NCBI GenBank assembly: GCA_002633005.1
Contig: NMRA01000064.1
Coordinates: forward strand, 249,233-313,232
DNA from: Phoronis australis
Taxonomy: Eukaryota; Animalia; Phoronida
Direction of reading: 5' to 3'
Length of the DNA: 64,000 bases
The notes beneath the pieces were generated by a model that made no database searches, was not told the origin of the DNA, and saw only the letters and a list, made by a program, of their open reading frames with translations. The first letter of the stretch is position 1; every line of letters starts with the position of its first letter. This document shows positions 42,901 to 55,300 of this stretch, one piece after another. The translations under genes were made by a program, and so were the position numbers.

Positions 42901-44295
42901 AAAAACTTGTTGATTTTACTAATGCACTTTTTTGTTCATTTTCAGAAGATATTTTCGAAATTAAATTTTCTTCAGACGGAACAAAAAGCAACCCAGGGAT
43001 TGTTTATGCAATGTATCTATTTGTCCCAGGCACTAACCGACATCTGTTAGGCCAAAGGAAAAACGCAGCAGACAAATGGAACACGCTGGGTGCTTAACAG
43101 TTTCGGCCCACGCCTTGGTCATCAAAATATTGTTCACTTGTTTTTTTATTGCAAAACACAGTACTGAACTCAACATTTATGTTGAAAATTTTGGTTAAAG
43201 CATTTTGAATTTATTTGAAGAAAATTAAAATACTTGAATTGATAGAGAATGGCCACCAATAAAGTAAAACATTGACTTTATTTCACTATATTGCATTTGT
43301 TACATACAACACAGCATGACATAATCAAAAATAAAAGAAGAGATTGAGCAATAAAATTCAAATGCAACTTGGGTATTTATTTATTTATTTATGAATGCAG
43401 AAGCCTGTTAAAGATGAGAAAAAATCAAACAATACAATTATGGGTAATTTATTAGAACAATTGTATCGAGGTTCAATGATCAACTTCCGCCTACCAAGTC
43501 TCAAAGGCTTACAGTTCTGTTTTGGCTGACAAGGTGTTAACAGAGAATGAAGAGAAACTGAAAAGAAAAAGAAGGACAGCAGAGATAAGTGATGTTAAGA
43601 ACAACAAGAGCAAAAAGTCAAATAAAGAGGTCACAAATACAAAATAAGTAAGGTCTGCCTGGAATAAAACAATTGTGATTTATTTTCCAGAACTGAAATT
43701 CTAAATCAATTTTAATCGATTTAAAAATCGATATCATACCAGTAAAACAGTTTGTGGTTGAAGTAGAGTTGCTGTAAACCACTTTCCACTATTTTCTTGG
43801 CCTTTTTCTGTGTGGTTTTCTGTCCTTTCAAAAGGCGGCAGCACATGACGACCATAGGTGTCATTATAAAATGGCTGCCGAAAACCAATGCACAGTTGAA
43901 CAACTCGGCTTAAGTAAAAGAAAACGTTTGAATCAACGAATACTATATATTTGTGAGAGTTAAATCAAGTCCTATTCAGATCATAACTTTGAAGTGGAAT
44001 AATTGGGTGAGTAAGACAACAAGCCGGTTTTATGCTTAGGCGGACGACTATAGGGTTTCGGAGTGTACATCGCATCGGCCAGCCCATGCCTGGCCACCCA
44101 TGACGGCAACACGGTTCAGGATTCATTTAAAGGCACTGGTCGGATATAGCCGGTAGTCCTACAGCGACGTTTATTATACTACTTACGGTTAAAGTGTTGA
44201 AACAACGGGACGTTGCAGCTATAACAGAAGTGGGGTTGCAAAATTTTTATAATCTGTCGTAATGATGAAAACGTGCTTCCATAACAAGCAGCCAT
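30977..44295 (-). CDS. DEAD-box ATP-dependent RNA helicase (DDX21/RH9-RH53-like), predicted mitochondrial, 14 exons, 599 aa
   Basis: Exons 44295-44187, 38847-38658, 38381-38265 (Q motif GYDEPFEIQ), 37744-37664 (AVTGSGKT), 37256-37109 (PTREL, YGG), 36445-36365 (TPGRL), 35981-35916 (LDEAD), 34990-34893 (SAT), 34475-34400, 34204-34108, 33243-33052 ([10 protein letters not shown]), 32612-32485 ([10 protein letters not shown]), 31844-31564, 31112-30977. Total 1800 nt, all phases consistent. Confidence 0.92.
40196..40960 (-). pseudogene. TatD-family DNase pseudogene, intronless, in helicase intron 1
   Basis: Conceptual translation across stops and frameshifts: [11 protein letters not shown] ... 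[10 protein letters not shown]...[10 protein letters not shown] ... [11 protein letters not shown] ... VIHL ... VHLHCFEG ... YFG ... LLLESDS. These are the TatD motifs DxHxH, GxHP, GE, H, HCF and ETD in order. Confidence 0.85.
41199..41374. repeat. Two diverged direct repeats of ~90 bp upstream of the TatD relic
   Basis: tgcaccggacttggaagt...tagacacgtaacctgtctgtaaa versus ggcactggactcggaagt...tagacacgtaacccgcctgtaaa. Confidence 0.8.
41665..41915 (-). mobile_element. Possible degenerate tRNA-derived SINE
   Basis: Minus-strand head gtagtacgatggtctaacccgtcagcct is tRNA-like; tail gttaaatcaaccactaacc. Confidence 0.3.
42037..42700 (+). mobile_element. Diverged internal fragment of the Helitron family seen at 817-2100
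   Basis: Colinear similarity to 1151-1735 (cttgagtaaactaaatt, cattacaagttttta, atttcagaacaaa, gtgaaatttcgg, ttttgacgatagtcttcatacagct). Confidence 0.8.
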
Positions 44296-44499
44296 TTTTG
44301 TCGTTAGCAGCGATCCTGGTGCCGTATTTAACAACTTCGCCCTGAGAGCCATTCCGTAGATGTAAGACACACGATATGATAGTGTAAATCACATGACTTA
44401 GTAGAAATTCAAGGCGATACCTCGCGAAGAGTTGCGTGATATTTTATTTTTGCCAGAAACCTGCTTCTCTGAACGCAGCCTGGGTTGCAAAGTTCACAG
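44296..44499. promoter_or_regulatory. Bidirectional promoter of the helicase (-) and LDAH (+), including a probable non-coding LDAH exon 1 ending at 44499
   Basis: CpG-enriched. Helicase ATG at 44295 in AAAATGGC context; plus-strand donor CAG|gtatgg at 44499/44500. The LDAH coding exon has an acceptor (46464) upstream of its ATG, so a 5' exon is required. Confidence 0.65.
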
Positions 44500-46235
44500 G
44501 TATGGTTCAGTTCAGTGCAAATGTAAATCTGTAACAAGTTGAAAGACTTAAAAGTCTTTCAAAAGAGGCTTTAGTTTAGGTGTCTATAACAGGCCGGTTA
44601 GATATCTGATTAAACTACAGGCGTTGACGGCAGAAGTACAATATTCATCAAAAGTGCTCAAACACGATATTAGTTGGCAACGGGGGAGGAGCCTAGGCCT
44701 AGGGCAAAATAATAATGGCTACTGGGTCGTGGTAGCCATGCGGGATCCCCCACACTGAAACAAAGAATGAACTCGCCAGGATCTGATTCACTAGCACCGC
44801 TAAACACAGTCTGAGAACATGCCAGAACACTCACCCCTCAAAAAAGTGAACTTGTCACTGGAACCCCCCCCCCCCGTGAAGTGTGATATCCTTTTGCCAG
44901 TTTTGGCTACTTTTGTAGCAACAATATCGACCCTTTTGTTGAGTTCCATAAAGGGAAAAGTCATCCATCGTTAAAGTACAGCGTATAGCCGTTCCAGGCT
45001 TGGCTGTTCAGAATCCATACGGGGTAATAAAAATTATCTTGTCAACCAAGACCAACCCTTTGCTAAACTGTGGAGGGGCTCGCAAAGAACTGCATTCACT
45101 GGCCTTGTATGTCATTTTCAAAAGGTATATTGTACGGTGCGCAAAATTCTAAGCTACCATGTGGACTACTTTTTTACCCCCTCCAAGCCCAAAATGGTGG
45201 TTGCACCGCTGAGTGCACAACCTATTTACTTTTTACAGAAACCAAAATGGTTTAAATAGAATAAACTGTTCTCTCAAGCCAAATGATCACATTCATTTTG
45301 ACATTTCATAATAGAAAGTGGTTTAAATCAAAATCTGTTTTTTTCTTGTCAAGGCAGGTTTATAGTTTCATACACTTTCGAATATTTCACCTAATGAGTA
45401 AGAACCTTATAGTCATTAAGATAGAGATTCAGACTCGAAAGTTTGACATTGTAATCCAAAGGCCAATGTCACTTAAAATTCCAGGTTTTAAAAGTGCATA
45501 GAATGCATGTTTTTTTAAATTTTCTCTTTGTCAAGTTTTACAGGGAGCCTTCTTTGTAATAAACCTTTATTTACGCTTAGTGCAATAATTAAATTTGTGT
45601 CATGTCGTCCAGCAACTAGATTGTTTTTTCTGAGACCTCAGTTGACTTAAGGTACAGTGACCACGTATCAATTTCATAAATATTTTTAAATAAAAGGTAA
45701 TATGTAGGAACCTATAAATATGCCCAAATTTGACTGATTTTGGAACATCATGTCTCCTAAATGGCTGATCATATTCATATTAAACTTTCAGATATTATGT
45801 TTTATGCATCCTTCTCAAAAACACTTCTAGGAATTGTTGCACTTTTGCATGAGGGGCTATCGCAAAATAGGACTTTATGATTTCCATGAAAAATCTTTTA
45901 AGTTGTATGAAATGAAAATGGCGGAAATTGTATTTTAGAAAACTATAACAACATTTTTGATGTCTCACCTATAACATTTATAGCATATAAAATTTGATCA
46001 TGTTATTGATACTATTAATTAGCTACCAAAGTATCTTTACTTTTTTTCTAAATTTTACTAAGAAGCCATGGTCATGTGACCCAGTAGCAGGTTGGTGAAA
46101 AGTTAAAAATCTAATTCTACAGGCTTTCTCGGTTAGAAAAGTACTTTTACTGCATTAAAATCTTTGGTTTTTCTAGGTATTTTGCTAAATGAACACTTCA
46201 ATGTTTGTAACTGAGGTGCTACAGCAACTTAATGT

Positions 46236-46455
46236 TTTGCATGTGCAGTACTACAGGGCCCTAAGCTCCTGGTGTCTGCTTTGCATGTGCAGTACTACGG
46301 GGCCCTAAGCTCCTGGTGTCTGCTTTGCATGTGCAGTACTACAGGGCCCTAAGCTCATGGTGTCTACTTTGCATGCGCAGTACTACAGGGCCCTAAGCTC
46401 CTGGTGTCTGCTTTGCATGTGCAGTACTACAGGGCTCTAAGCTCCTGGTGTCTGC
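46236..46455. repeat. Minisatellite, 44-bp unit x 5, abutting the LDAH acceptor
   Basis: tttgcatgtgcagtactacagggccctaagctcctggtgtctgc repeated with period 44. Confidence 0.95.
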
Positions 46456-46490
46456 TTTTTTCAGATAATTGAACTTGGAGTGTTTCAAGT

Positions 46491-48778
46491 ATGGATGACC
46501 TGTTGACTCATCTCTATGTGGATGTGGGGGGAGTGAACACACACGTTCTCAAGTGCAGCCATCCTAAAGCTGGTGGTTACCTTGCGATAATCATACCAGG
46601 TACTCAACATCTCGCAGTGTAGGAATTTTAAAGGAATGTTGACAGTTAATGCGATGTGGTTGGCGTACACATAAAGTTTTATTTTAATATTTGAAACATA
46701 TTTTGACTCCTTAACCGAAGAGCCAAAACCAGCAGCTGATCTGTGATGTAATCACAAGAAACTCACTTGTGTCATTTTCGAATTTCAGGACTAGCTAATT
46801 GTAAGCCTTATAAAATTGACATCTGTTGAGAGTTTGTACCTTGTTAGTGAAAGAAAACAAGCCTTATTGTGGTAAAAAAAGTTTTGAGACCAGTTTCCTG
46901 TGTTTTTTAGCCAGCTAAATAGGGTGATATGCACCTTTAATTTTGTTACAAATAGCAAGGTTTGTTGAGTAATTTTAATCAGCAGTAGTTAAATTTTCTG
47001 AGTGATTCAAGGCACTTATTAGGAGAATGTGCATAATAGTTTTTCCCACTCAGTGATTTTTAAAACTGATTTTAACTTGTTTTTAGGTAACCCAGGTATC
47101 ATTGAGTTCTACGAAGAATTTATGGTCACCCTTTACAAATGCAGTGATGGTCACCTTCCTGTATGGGGGATCTCACACGCTGGTCATGTGAAAGCAACCC
47201 CACCTGAGTCAGTCAATGGTAGGCACATTTTGCCTGATTGTAAACATGATTAAATTGATGCATCTCTGATTAAAAAAAACATCTGAATCTTTTGTTTATG
47301 GACAATGTATTTGGTTGCTAAAAAGCTGCTGTCGTATTGATTTTAAACAATCTATTGCATAAAGTGAATCTCACCCAATGCAGATATCACAATACACCGG
47401 AATTAGACATTCTCCACGGGTGAAGAACCACACAAACAAGACTTCTCATATGTTTTAAGTTAGGAAACCACTTTATGGAAGATCTAATAAGTAATTGTCC
47501 GTAATTTAGGACATGATATGTCTGACAAGTGAAGTTTTATGTTATTAGATTTTGATGTTGTAATGCTTTACCATTTTCAAACTTTGCACTTCAGTATTTT
47601 GAATAATTGTGAATTATGAACATTCACAATAACTTGTAGCTTTGAATAATTGTGAATTATGAACATTCACAATAACTTGGAGCTTTGAAAAATGAAAAGG
47701 GTCAGTTCTGGCAATTATGTTTCCTGAAACTGTTAAAATTTATGATTTCTTAATTACATAGACACAGACTTGCTAGTTAAGTTAATAAATGGCACCCGTT
47801 TGGTTAACTTAATCCCTGTTTATCTTGATGCCCTCCGTTGGAAATTGACATTTTCATTTTTCAAGTTCTTACTCAGTTTACTGAAGATCACCCCAATTTC
47901 TTGTTGTCTATTGAAATGCCCTTGGCTCAGATGGATATGCTATAAGTGTGTGACCTACTTTGATTCTTATTGATATGTAATAGTATTTCATCTGTCATGT
48001 AACAATTTGTACTTGTTGTACTTTCGTGCTTATAATATTTGTCTTTGAGATGCTTGTGTGGTCTCCATTAAAACATATAATTTCAGGGTCAACAAGTCAC
48101 CAGTCTATGTATGACCTGACTGGGCAAATCATGCACAAAGTCTTATTCATCAAAAACCACGTGCCTGCAAGTGTAAAGCTCTTCCTGATTGGACATTCCA
48201 TCGGTTGTTACATGATCCTTAGGATGCTGGAACATCTCTCCGACAGACACGTGACCAAATGTTACATGTTGTTTCCAACAATCGAACGAATGGCACAGAC
48301 GCCAGAGGGACGGATTATGACCCCGTTCTTAAAGTACTTTAGACATGTAGCTGCAGTGTTCATTTACATGCTGTCGTGGTTACCAGAGTTTGCGAAGAAG
48401 AGTCTAATACGATTGCACTTAAGTGACAAACACATACATAAGTGTGCTCACGCTGCGGCACTTAATTTATTTGATGCCAAGTGTGCTTATAACTGTATGT
48501 ACTTGGCAAATATAGAGATGGCCACTGTGAAAGACCTTGATGTGAATACTGTTAAGAAGCACTGTGATAAGTTAACATTTTATTATGGTAGCAAAGACCA
48601 CTGGTGTCCGATAGAGTATTACCATTCACTGCTAAATTTAGTACCGAATATTGATGCCAGGGTGTGCACTAGAGGGATGGATCATGCTTTTGTATTAGGG
48701 TCTGGTGCTGAAATGGCAGAAATGGTGTGGAACTGGGTACAGTTAACAGTTGACAATATAAAAGTAGAAAGTACATAG
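46491..48778 (+). CDS. LDAH: Lipid droplet-associated hydrolase (alpha/beta hydrolase), 3 coding exons, 310 aa
   Basis: Exons 46491-46599 (MDDLL...THVLKC...IIIP), 47087-47218 (GNPG..FY...VWGISHAGH), 48087-48778 (GHSIG nucleophile, LFPTIERMA.TPEG, YYG..DHWCP, HAF). Total 933 nt in frame. Confidence 0.95.
47599..47688. repeat. Tandem duplication of ~42 bp
   Basis: ttgaataattgtgaattatgaacattcacaataacttg(t/g)agct occurs twice. Confidence 0.9.
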
Positions 48779-49123
48779 ATAAGGTATTCTAACTGAAATT
48801 AATACTCATATTTGTCAGTTGTGGAAATAATCGGGCTATGAATAACTAATTGTGTCAAGTTGTGGCAATAACCTTGGTATGAATAACTAACAGAGTTATT
48901 AAAGAATTAAGCCAGAAATAACATTTCAAAATTTCACCGATTTTCCGTTGTTTATGAAAGTTACGATTAGAAAGAAATGTCTGCTGTAGATGGTGTTGCA
49001 GTATAGTCACCTTGATTCCATTTTCTAATTATTTCCAAAAATTTTGTTTTAGCTGCAAACCGTGAATTGTGGAGTATTAAATATACATGATAATAATTAA
49101 GAACATTACCAATGTGACATTAT

Positions 49124-49163
49124 TTTATTTGTCCTAATTTTATACACCGATATGTGCAATAAA
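49124..49163. terminator. Crossed poly(A) signals: HMGCL AATAAA (-, 49124-49129) and LDAH AATAAA (+, 49158-49163)
   Basis: Hexamers on opposite strands between the two stop codons (48778 and 49331). Confidence 0.55.
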
Positions 49164-49330
49164 TACAATTATTTATGTTTAGTATTGAAAGTTTGTATGC
49201 ATGTCTTAACATGGCTACCACTGTTCATTCACAACCACATTTGACATAGCAGTCTGCTTGGCTGATGTTTGAAGTCTGAAATATTGTGACTTGTCATTTC
49301 TTTATCGCATCCTGTTTGTAACGGATAACG

Positions 49331-52300
49331 TTATAAATGAGATGTCCTGGCTTGTCCTACTTTTGAGTTGGTTTTCCTTCCAAGAGCATTACAAATGAAG
49401 TGTCCAGCCAACAGTAACTTGTCAACGTCTACACCCTGTGTGTACAACAAAGACAAACAAATGTGAGTTTGATGCATATAATAATAATAATAATAACAAT
49501 AATAATAATAATACGTCACATCATGGGTTCATTTGAGATGTAGTTGAGACAAACCAATAAGACATGCGTTTTTAATGAGATTCACCGACAGCTGCAGGGG
49601 CGAATCTAGGATTTTGAGTTAGGGGGGCCAGGGCAGAGTATTAGCCAGGATTTTGCCCATTAGACATTCACACCCCTGAACTGTCAAATGGAGTCTGGGA
49701 GAATTTCAGGGGGTCATGGCCCCCACTCTAAATCTGCCACTGAGCTAATGAAAGAGAACCCGCCCACAATGTCAGTCTTTCTAAGGACATGTGAAGAGTA
49801 TACAACACTGTTTCATCTTTGAATTGCAGCTGGTCTATACCTACGATGCCCAATAGCATAAAATAAAGATGGGATTGTTCCAGCAGAATAAACAAACCTT
49901 GTAACAATTTTAACGGCAAGCGAATACAAAGTGTTGAAGTTTTTGAATCTTTCACCATAGTCCTGTTAATAATTGGGACAGTGTTTCTTAATAAGTTATA
50001 ACACCAGAGACCTCGAACAATGTTTCAGTAATTATTCACTGCCTTCCTCAGTCACTATTTCATGCTGCTTCTTTTGTTTTACAAATTTTGCCTTGAAATT
50101 TCGATTGATTGTTGTCGCCATCTGTTGCTAAGCACATTTTAATGTAACAAATTTTAAGCTTCATTTTTAATAAATTTTAGAACGAAAGCCCTCTGATGGA
50201 GCGATACTTGCGAAATCAACAAAATAAGGGAGTACATACAGCGACATCACCATTAGCGATCAGATAAGGTATGCCGAAGACGTAGCATGAGAAATTAATG
50301 AAACACCAGTCCTCAGAAAATCTGATAAATTAAAATTAGTAAGTCGTAGTGAGAAACGGATGACACACCCCAGACAGTCCTTGAGATCTATCTACATACT
50401 AAATTTCAGATGATTATTAAAAATAACACAGCGCCTTCTTGTGTTCAATTTTGATCAAAAACAATAGGAATTCAGCATTTCATCACAAAAGGTGTGCAAT
50501 TTTACGTCAATCGGCCCGGGACAAACCATGCGACCAGTAGTGTGGCATATGATAGACCAACAAAAGAGCAGCATGGAACTAATCAATGAAAGGACAGTAA
50601 TCAAATCCGTATATCTCGAATAACTCAAGAACGGTAAATCGGAGTGAGAAACATATGGCATGCTGCAGATAGTGCTTGACACTATCTATACAAATACCAA
50701 ACTTCAATAAGAAACTGGTGGGACAATGGAGATACATCACAAGAAATTAATGAAAAAGATTGAACATTTCTATTAAATGAGAGAACAGTAAGTTGTAGCG
50801 AAAAACGGATGCCATACTTCAGATATCTCTTGAAAAGATCTATCTCATACCAAATTTCAGAAGAATCTCTCAAAGGGCTGTGTAGATAAAACTCTGCAAA
50901 GTGAGAATTCCAAAATGGCCATCACAGTCCCATCTTGTGTTCAATTTAGACCAAGAACAACAGGCCTCAAGCTATTGATGGGTTACATTCATTGTAAATT
51001 TAAAATCAATCAGACAAGAAATGTAGCCAGCTGTATAGTGCAAATAAAAAAATCAAGCAAACCCACTACACAACGTAACATATTTGGTGAATTTAATTTT
51101 GCCAACAAAAAACACATCAATGAGTACTGATTTAAGAACATAAATCTGCTTTGACTCGACACTCACCGTTTTAATTCCCAAGCCATCCAACATATAGACC
51201 ACATCCTCTGTTGATACGTTGCCACTAGCACCCTTAGCATATGGACAGCCACCTAGCCCCGCCACGGAGCTGTCAACAACAGACACGCCCATCTAGAAAC
51301 ACAGTCATTATGACCTTTGTACATCAGAGTAAGAAACCACACAAATTGCAGTTAAGCCCCATAAACAGATACTTAAGTCAAAATTGACAATTCAAATGAG
51401 ACGTAGGAAAGATGAGTCCTCCTGCATTTTATACACTCAAGAAACTTGTGAAAATGCAAGACATCGCGAGATATTGCCCTGCATCACAAACAAAACATGA
51501 GATCATACTTGATTTAATCATGAAATTCTTGTGTCTACTCAATGCAGCTGAGCTTTAGATGCAATCACTAAATTTCATTCTGGCGATACGTAATCACCTG
51601 AAATTAGTGACAGTAACTTGTCGTGTGAAAATATTTGTAATCCAATATCAAATCAAACAATTTTTTTAAAATGCTATACGTGAATTCAAAGAATAGTATT
51701 TTATCGCAGACATAAATTTTTTCTTTCACATGATAACGAGAATCGCGATCTTTAACCCATTTCCACTCAAGCTATGGACAGTTTGAAGTACGACCACTGT
51801 AAACTTGACAGTTAGTAGTACTATGACAAGGTCGAATATAAACTCCACTCCCCTCAGAAGAATACTTAGAAATCAAGCGAAAATCCCTTCATCAGGTCCA
51901 AAAAAATCAACTGCAATGGATGACAACTTCCCATGTGAATGCTTGAAAAAGTTGTCCTCAAATGGTTGAAAATTTCACCTCAAGGTTAAAATCACTTTCA
52001 ACTCGCATAGACCCTTGGATTCCACTTATATTAGCTGTGAAAATCTCACTACACACATGCCTTTCCAGTTTTTACAGCCTCGACGGGATTTCCACCTCAC
52101 TCAAAAGATCCCCTCAGAAGGCATGGGCCCTTTTCCCATCAGGTGAGTGAGGGCCCGTGCTGAACAAATGCAAAACAAATTAGTGATACCTGAAGTGCTG
52201 CAAAGATGTTGACTAAGGCTTGCCCATAGGTGTCGTGGCAGTGCACTGCTATACTGTCAACAGGTATGTAGTGAAGTACCTCTGCAAGCATCGTCTTCAT

Positions 52301-55300
52301 TTCTCCTGGGGTACCCACACCTATTGTGTCACCTAGGGAAATCTCATAGCAGCCCATCTCGTAGAGTTTTGAGGCTACCTATGAACCAAGGAATATTGAA
52401 ACGAGCAGTTCAAGAAACTAAATTTCATTGGACTTTCAAATAAATTTCTTCTGCAGCTAAGTTCTTCAAGAGTAAGTGACACCTGTGGGTGATGATTGTA
52501 AGATATTATTGTCACTACTGGATGAACAGTCTTCACTGAATTGTCTGTACTAGAATGAAAATACGTCAAAACATGAGCCTATGATAACTCATGGGTGATA
52601 TTTGTAGAGAACAAAATGTGTCATAACTTGAGCCTATTATAATTCCTGGATGGTATTTGCAGAGAACAAAATATGTCAAACATTAGCCTATTATAGCTCC
52701 TGGATGATATTTGTAGAGAACAAAATATGCCAAACATGAGCCTATTATAACTCCTGGATGGTATTTGTAGAGAACAATGTAAGATGTAAAATACTAAATT
52801 TATTTCCTGGTGAAATACAAAGTTCTAGTATAAAATGCTGCTTTAAACCGGCCTTCCATTAAAAAACACTTGATTTCGACCACATACAATGATCTGGTCT
52901 CACGTTGCCCTTTACTCAGAATGAGAAATAGTCTCTGAGCTTGGAGAAAACAAACACTTTGTTATTTCTTGAGATCATGTTTCACCCACAAAGTGATCCA
53001 ACAAGAGATGCTGACTTGCTGAGGCTGTTTTTGCAGAATAATAAACTGCTAATTTGATATTAATTTCATAACTGTAGGTGCTTTTTAAGGAAAGCATTGA
53101 TTACAACAGCTTAGATATATGTCTTGCAAGAATGATTACCTTGGCCACTTGGGACGGGGAAACTTTGCCTTCATAAGGGCATCCCAATACACAAGACACA
53201 TAACTGAAAATGTTTCAATTTCAATGAACACAAACTGAAGACACTTTCAGAAAATAAAATTAACAAAAGGTGAGTCATTGTTACCAAAGTTTACAGTCAT
53301 ACAATTTTAGCAATTACATATTTTCCACAGATTTGAATTGAAAGGTAATGACACTCAAGATCCTCACCAAAATGCAACTGTTTGGTTATGGTTACAGTAT
53401 ACACCTCTCCAGAAAATTTCATCAAAATCCAAACACATATTAACTTTTTGAATCAAATTGAATCAAATCACGAATGTAAGCAGAAATCTAAGCTCATCAT
53501 CCCTGTTCATCAACACAGAACTTGTTCAAGGTATCCCAAGGGTCAGTTTCAAGAATGTGACCTCAGACAAGAATGTGACCTAAGACAAGAATGTGACCTA
53601 AGACAAGAATGTGACCTCAGACAAGAATGTGACCTAAGACAAGAATGTGACCTAAGACAAGAATGTGACCTTAGACAAGAATGTGACCTAAGACAAGAAT
53701 GTGACCTCAGACAAAAATCTGTTCTCACACTTCCACTTCCCAGTTGCTGAAAAAAGTTTAGACACGTAAATAATGAATGCATCAGTCTAGAAATAAAAAT
53801 TATCTCAATAACTATCAGCAATGCGTATGTTCTCAGGAAGACTACGCCCTTTTGCTCAAGCGAGATTTAATTATATTTCGCTAATAATTGCGTCGTGCGT
53901 AAGACCAAGCTTGCGTCTAAGTTTTAAGTCACTTTTCATGAAACAAACTCCAGTTCTACAATTAATTCACTAGCACCACCAAGCGAATTTCGAATTCCTC
54001 ACTACAAGTTTTAAAAGTTGTACTCCATTATGTCGTAGCATCGGTGACCTACCCCCTAACTGGTACGGTGACCTACCTCCTAACTGGTACGGTGACCTAC
54101 CCCCTAACTGGTACGGTGACCTACCCCCTAACTGGTACGGTGACTTACCCCCTAACTGGTATATTGGCCTGTTTGGCTGCTTCAGCTACTACTTGGAATC
54201 TGTCCAGGCTCTCACTGATAGAACAGTTGATATTTTTTCTGCAATGAAGATGATTTTGTAGAATGTCATTCTTTCCAAAAAGGAAAAACAAAGATAACCT
54301 TGTTATTAAATGTTTACAATGTCAAATACTTGTAACAGATTTCTCACAAAACACCAATAGTTCATGACTTAGTTATGTTCATTTGATGCATAACTTCAGT
54401 TCTGGGCTGGGTTGGATAAAACTTGTAAATTTTCCGCTGGATAAGTTTGATTGTTGCATGACATCAGGTGCATTGTTCTAATAACAACGCGATAATGTGT
54501 CATCATTGTTGCTATGCAGCGTGTAACTTTTATGCAACTGGGCCCTGGTCAAAAACTAAGTTAACATAAAAATTTGAGTTAAAAACAAAACTGTCCTGCT
54601 GTAAAATCATTGACTAGCAGATCGAATCAATTAACACACAGCATAATAATTGAAACAACAATTACTTGCTGAAACTTTCCGAGGCTGCACCAAAGATGGC
54701 CACTTCGTCCACTCCAACAGACACCTGTAAACAACAGGAAGTGGAAATCACTTTATCTGATTTTATGAAACCAATGGGAAGACATTAAACATCATCAGAT
54801 TGATAGTCGCATGAACACTCAGTCACAATGGATATAGTACCTGCTTTCTTGTATTATCTACTCGTATTTTTTAATCACTGTTCAATTTTTATTGTGTTTC
54901 ATTTCTCCAGTAGCTCTGTTATACTAGTTTGAATTAAATAAGTTGATAAGTAAATGAAGAAACTTTTTTAGTCATTTTCTTCCATTTTCACTATTTTTAG
55001 ATATAAATAAAATAGGATAATATTAGAGCTGAATCTGCAGGGAATTGTGCAATCATTATGTTAGATGAAATCATGCACCATGAATTTTAAATGGTTTAAC
55101 AGCAGAAAGTTTTTGCTTATGCCATTTTCATAAGTCATTTAAAATAATAAGCTGTTTTATGTTAGTATTTTGCAAAACTTTTCCCCAAGCCAACAGCGAA
55201 TGCGCTGTCAGAAAAAGGGTTATTCGTAAACTTTTCCAACTAATTTCAAAGATGCTTATATTGATTTTTGTCAACTTGTTTATAAAATGTAATAAAAAAT

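Noticed and set aside
43370-43700. Possible LINE 3' UTR with an (ATTT)n tail
   Set aside because: No coding remnant is recognisable; too weak to call.
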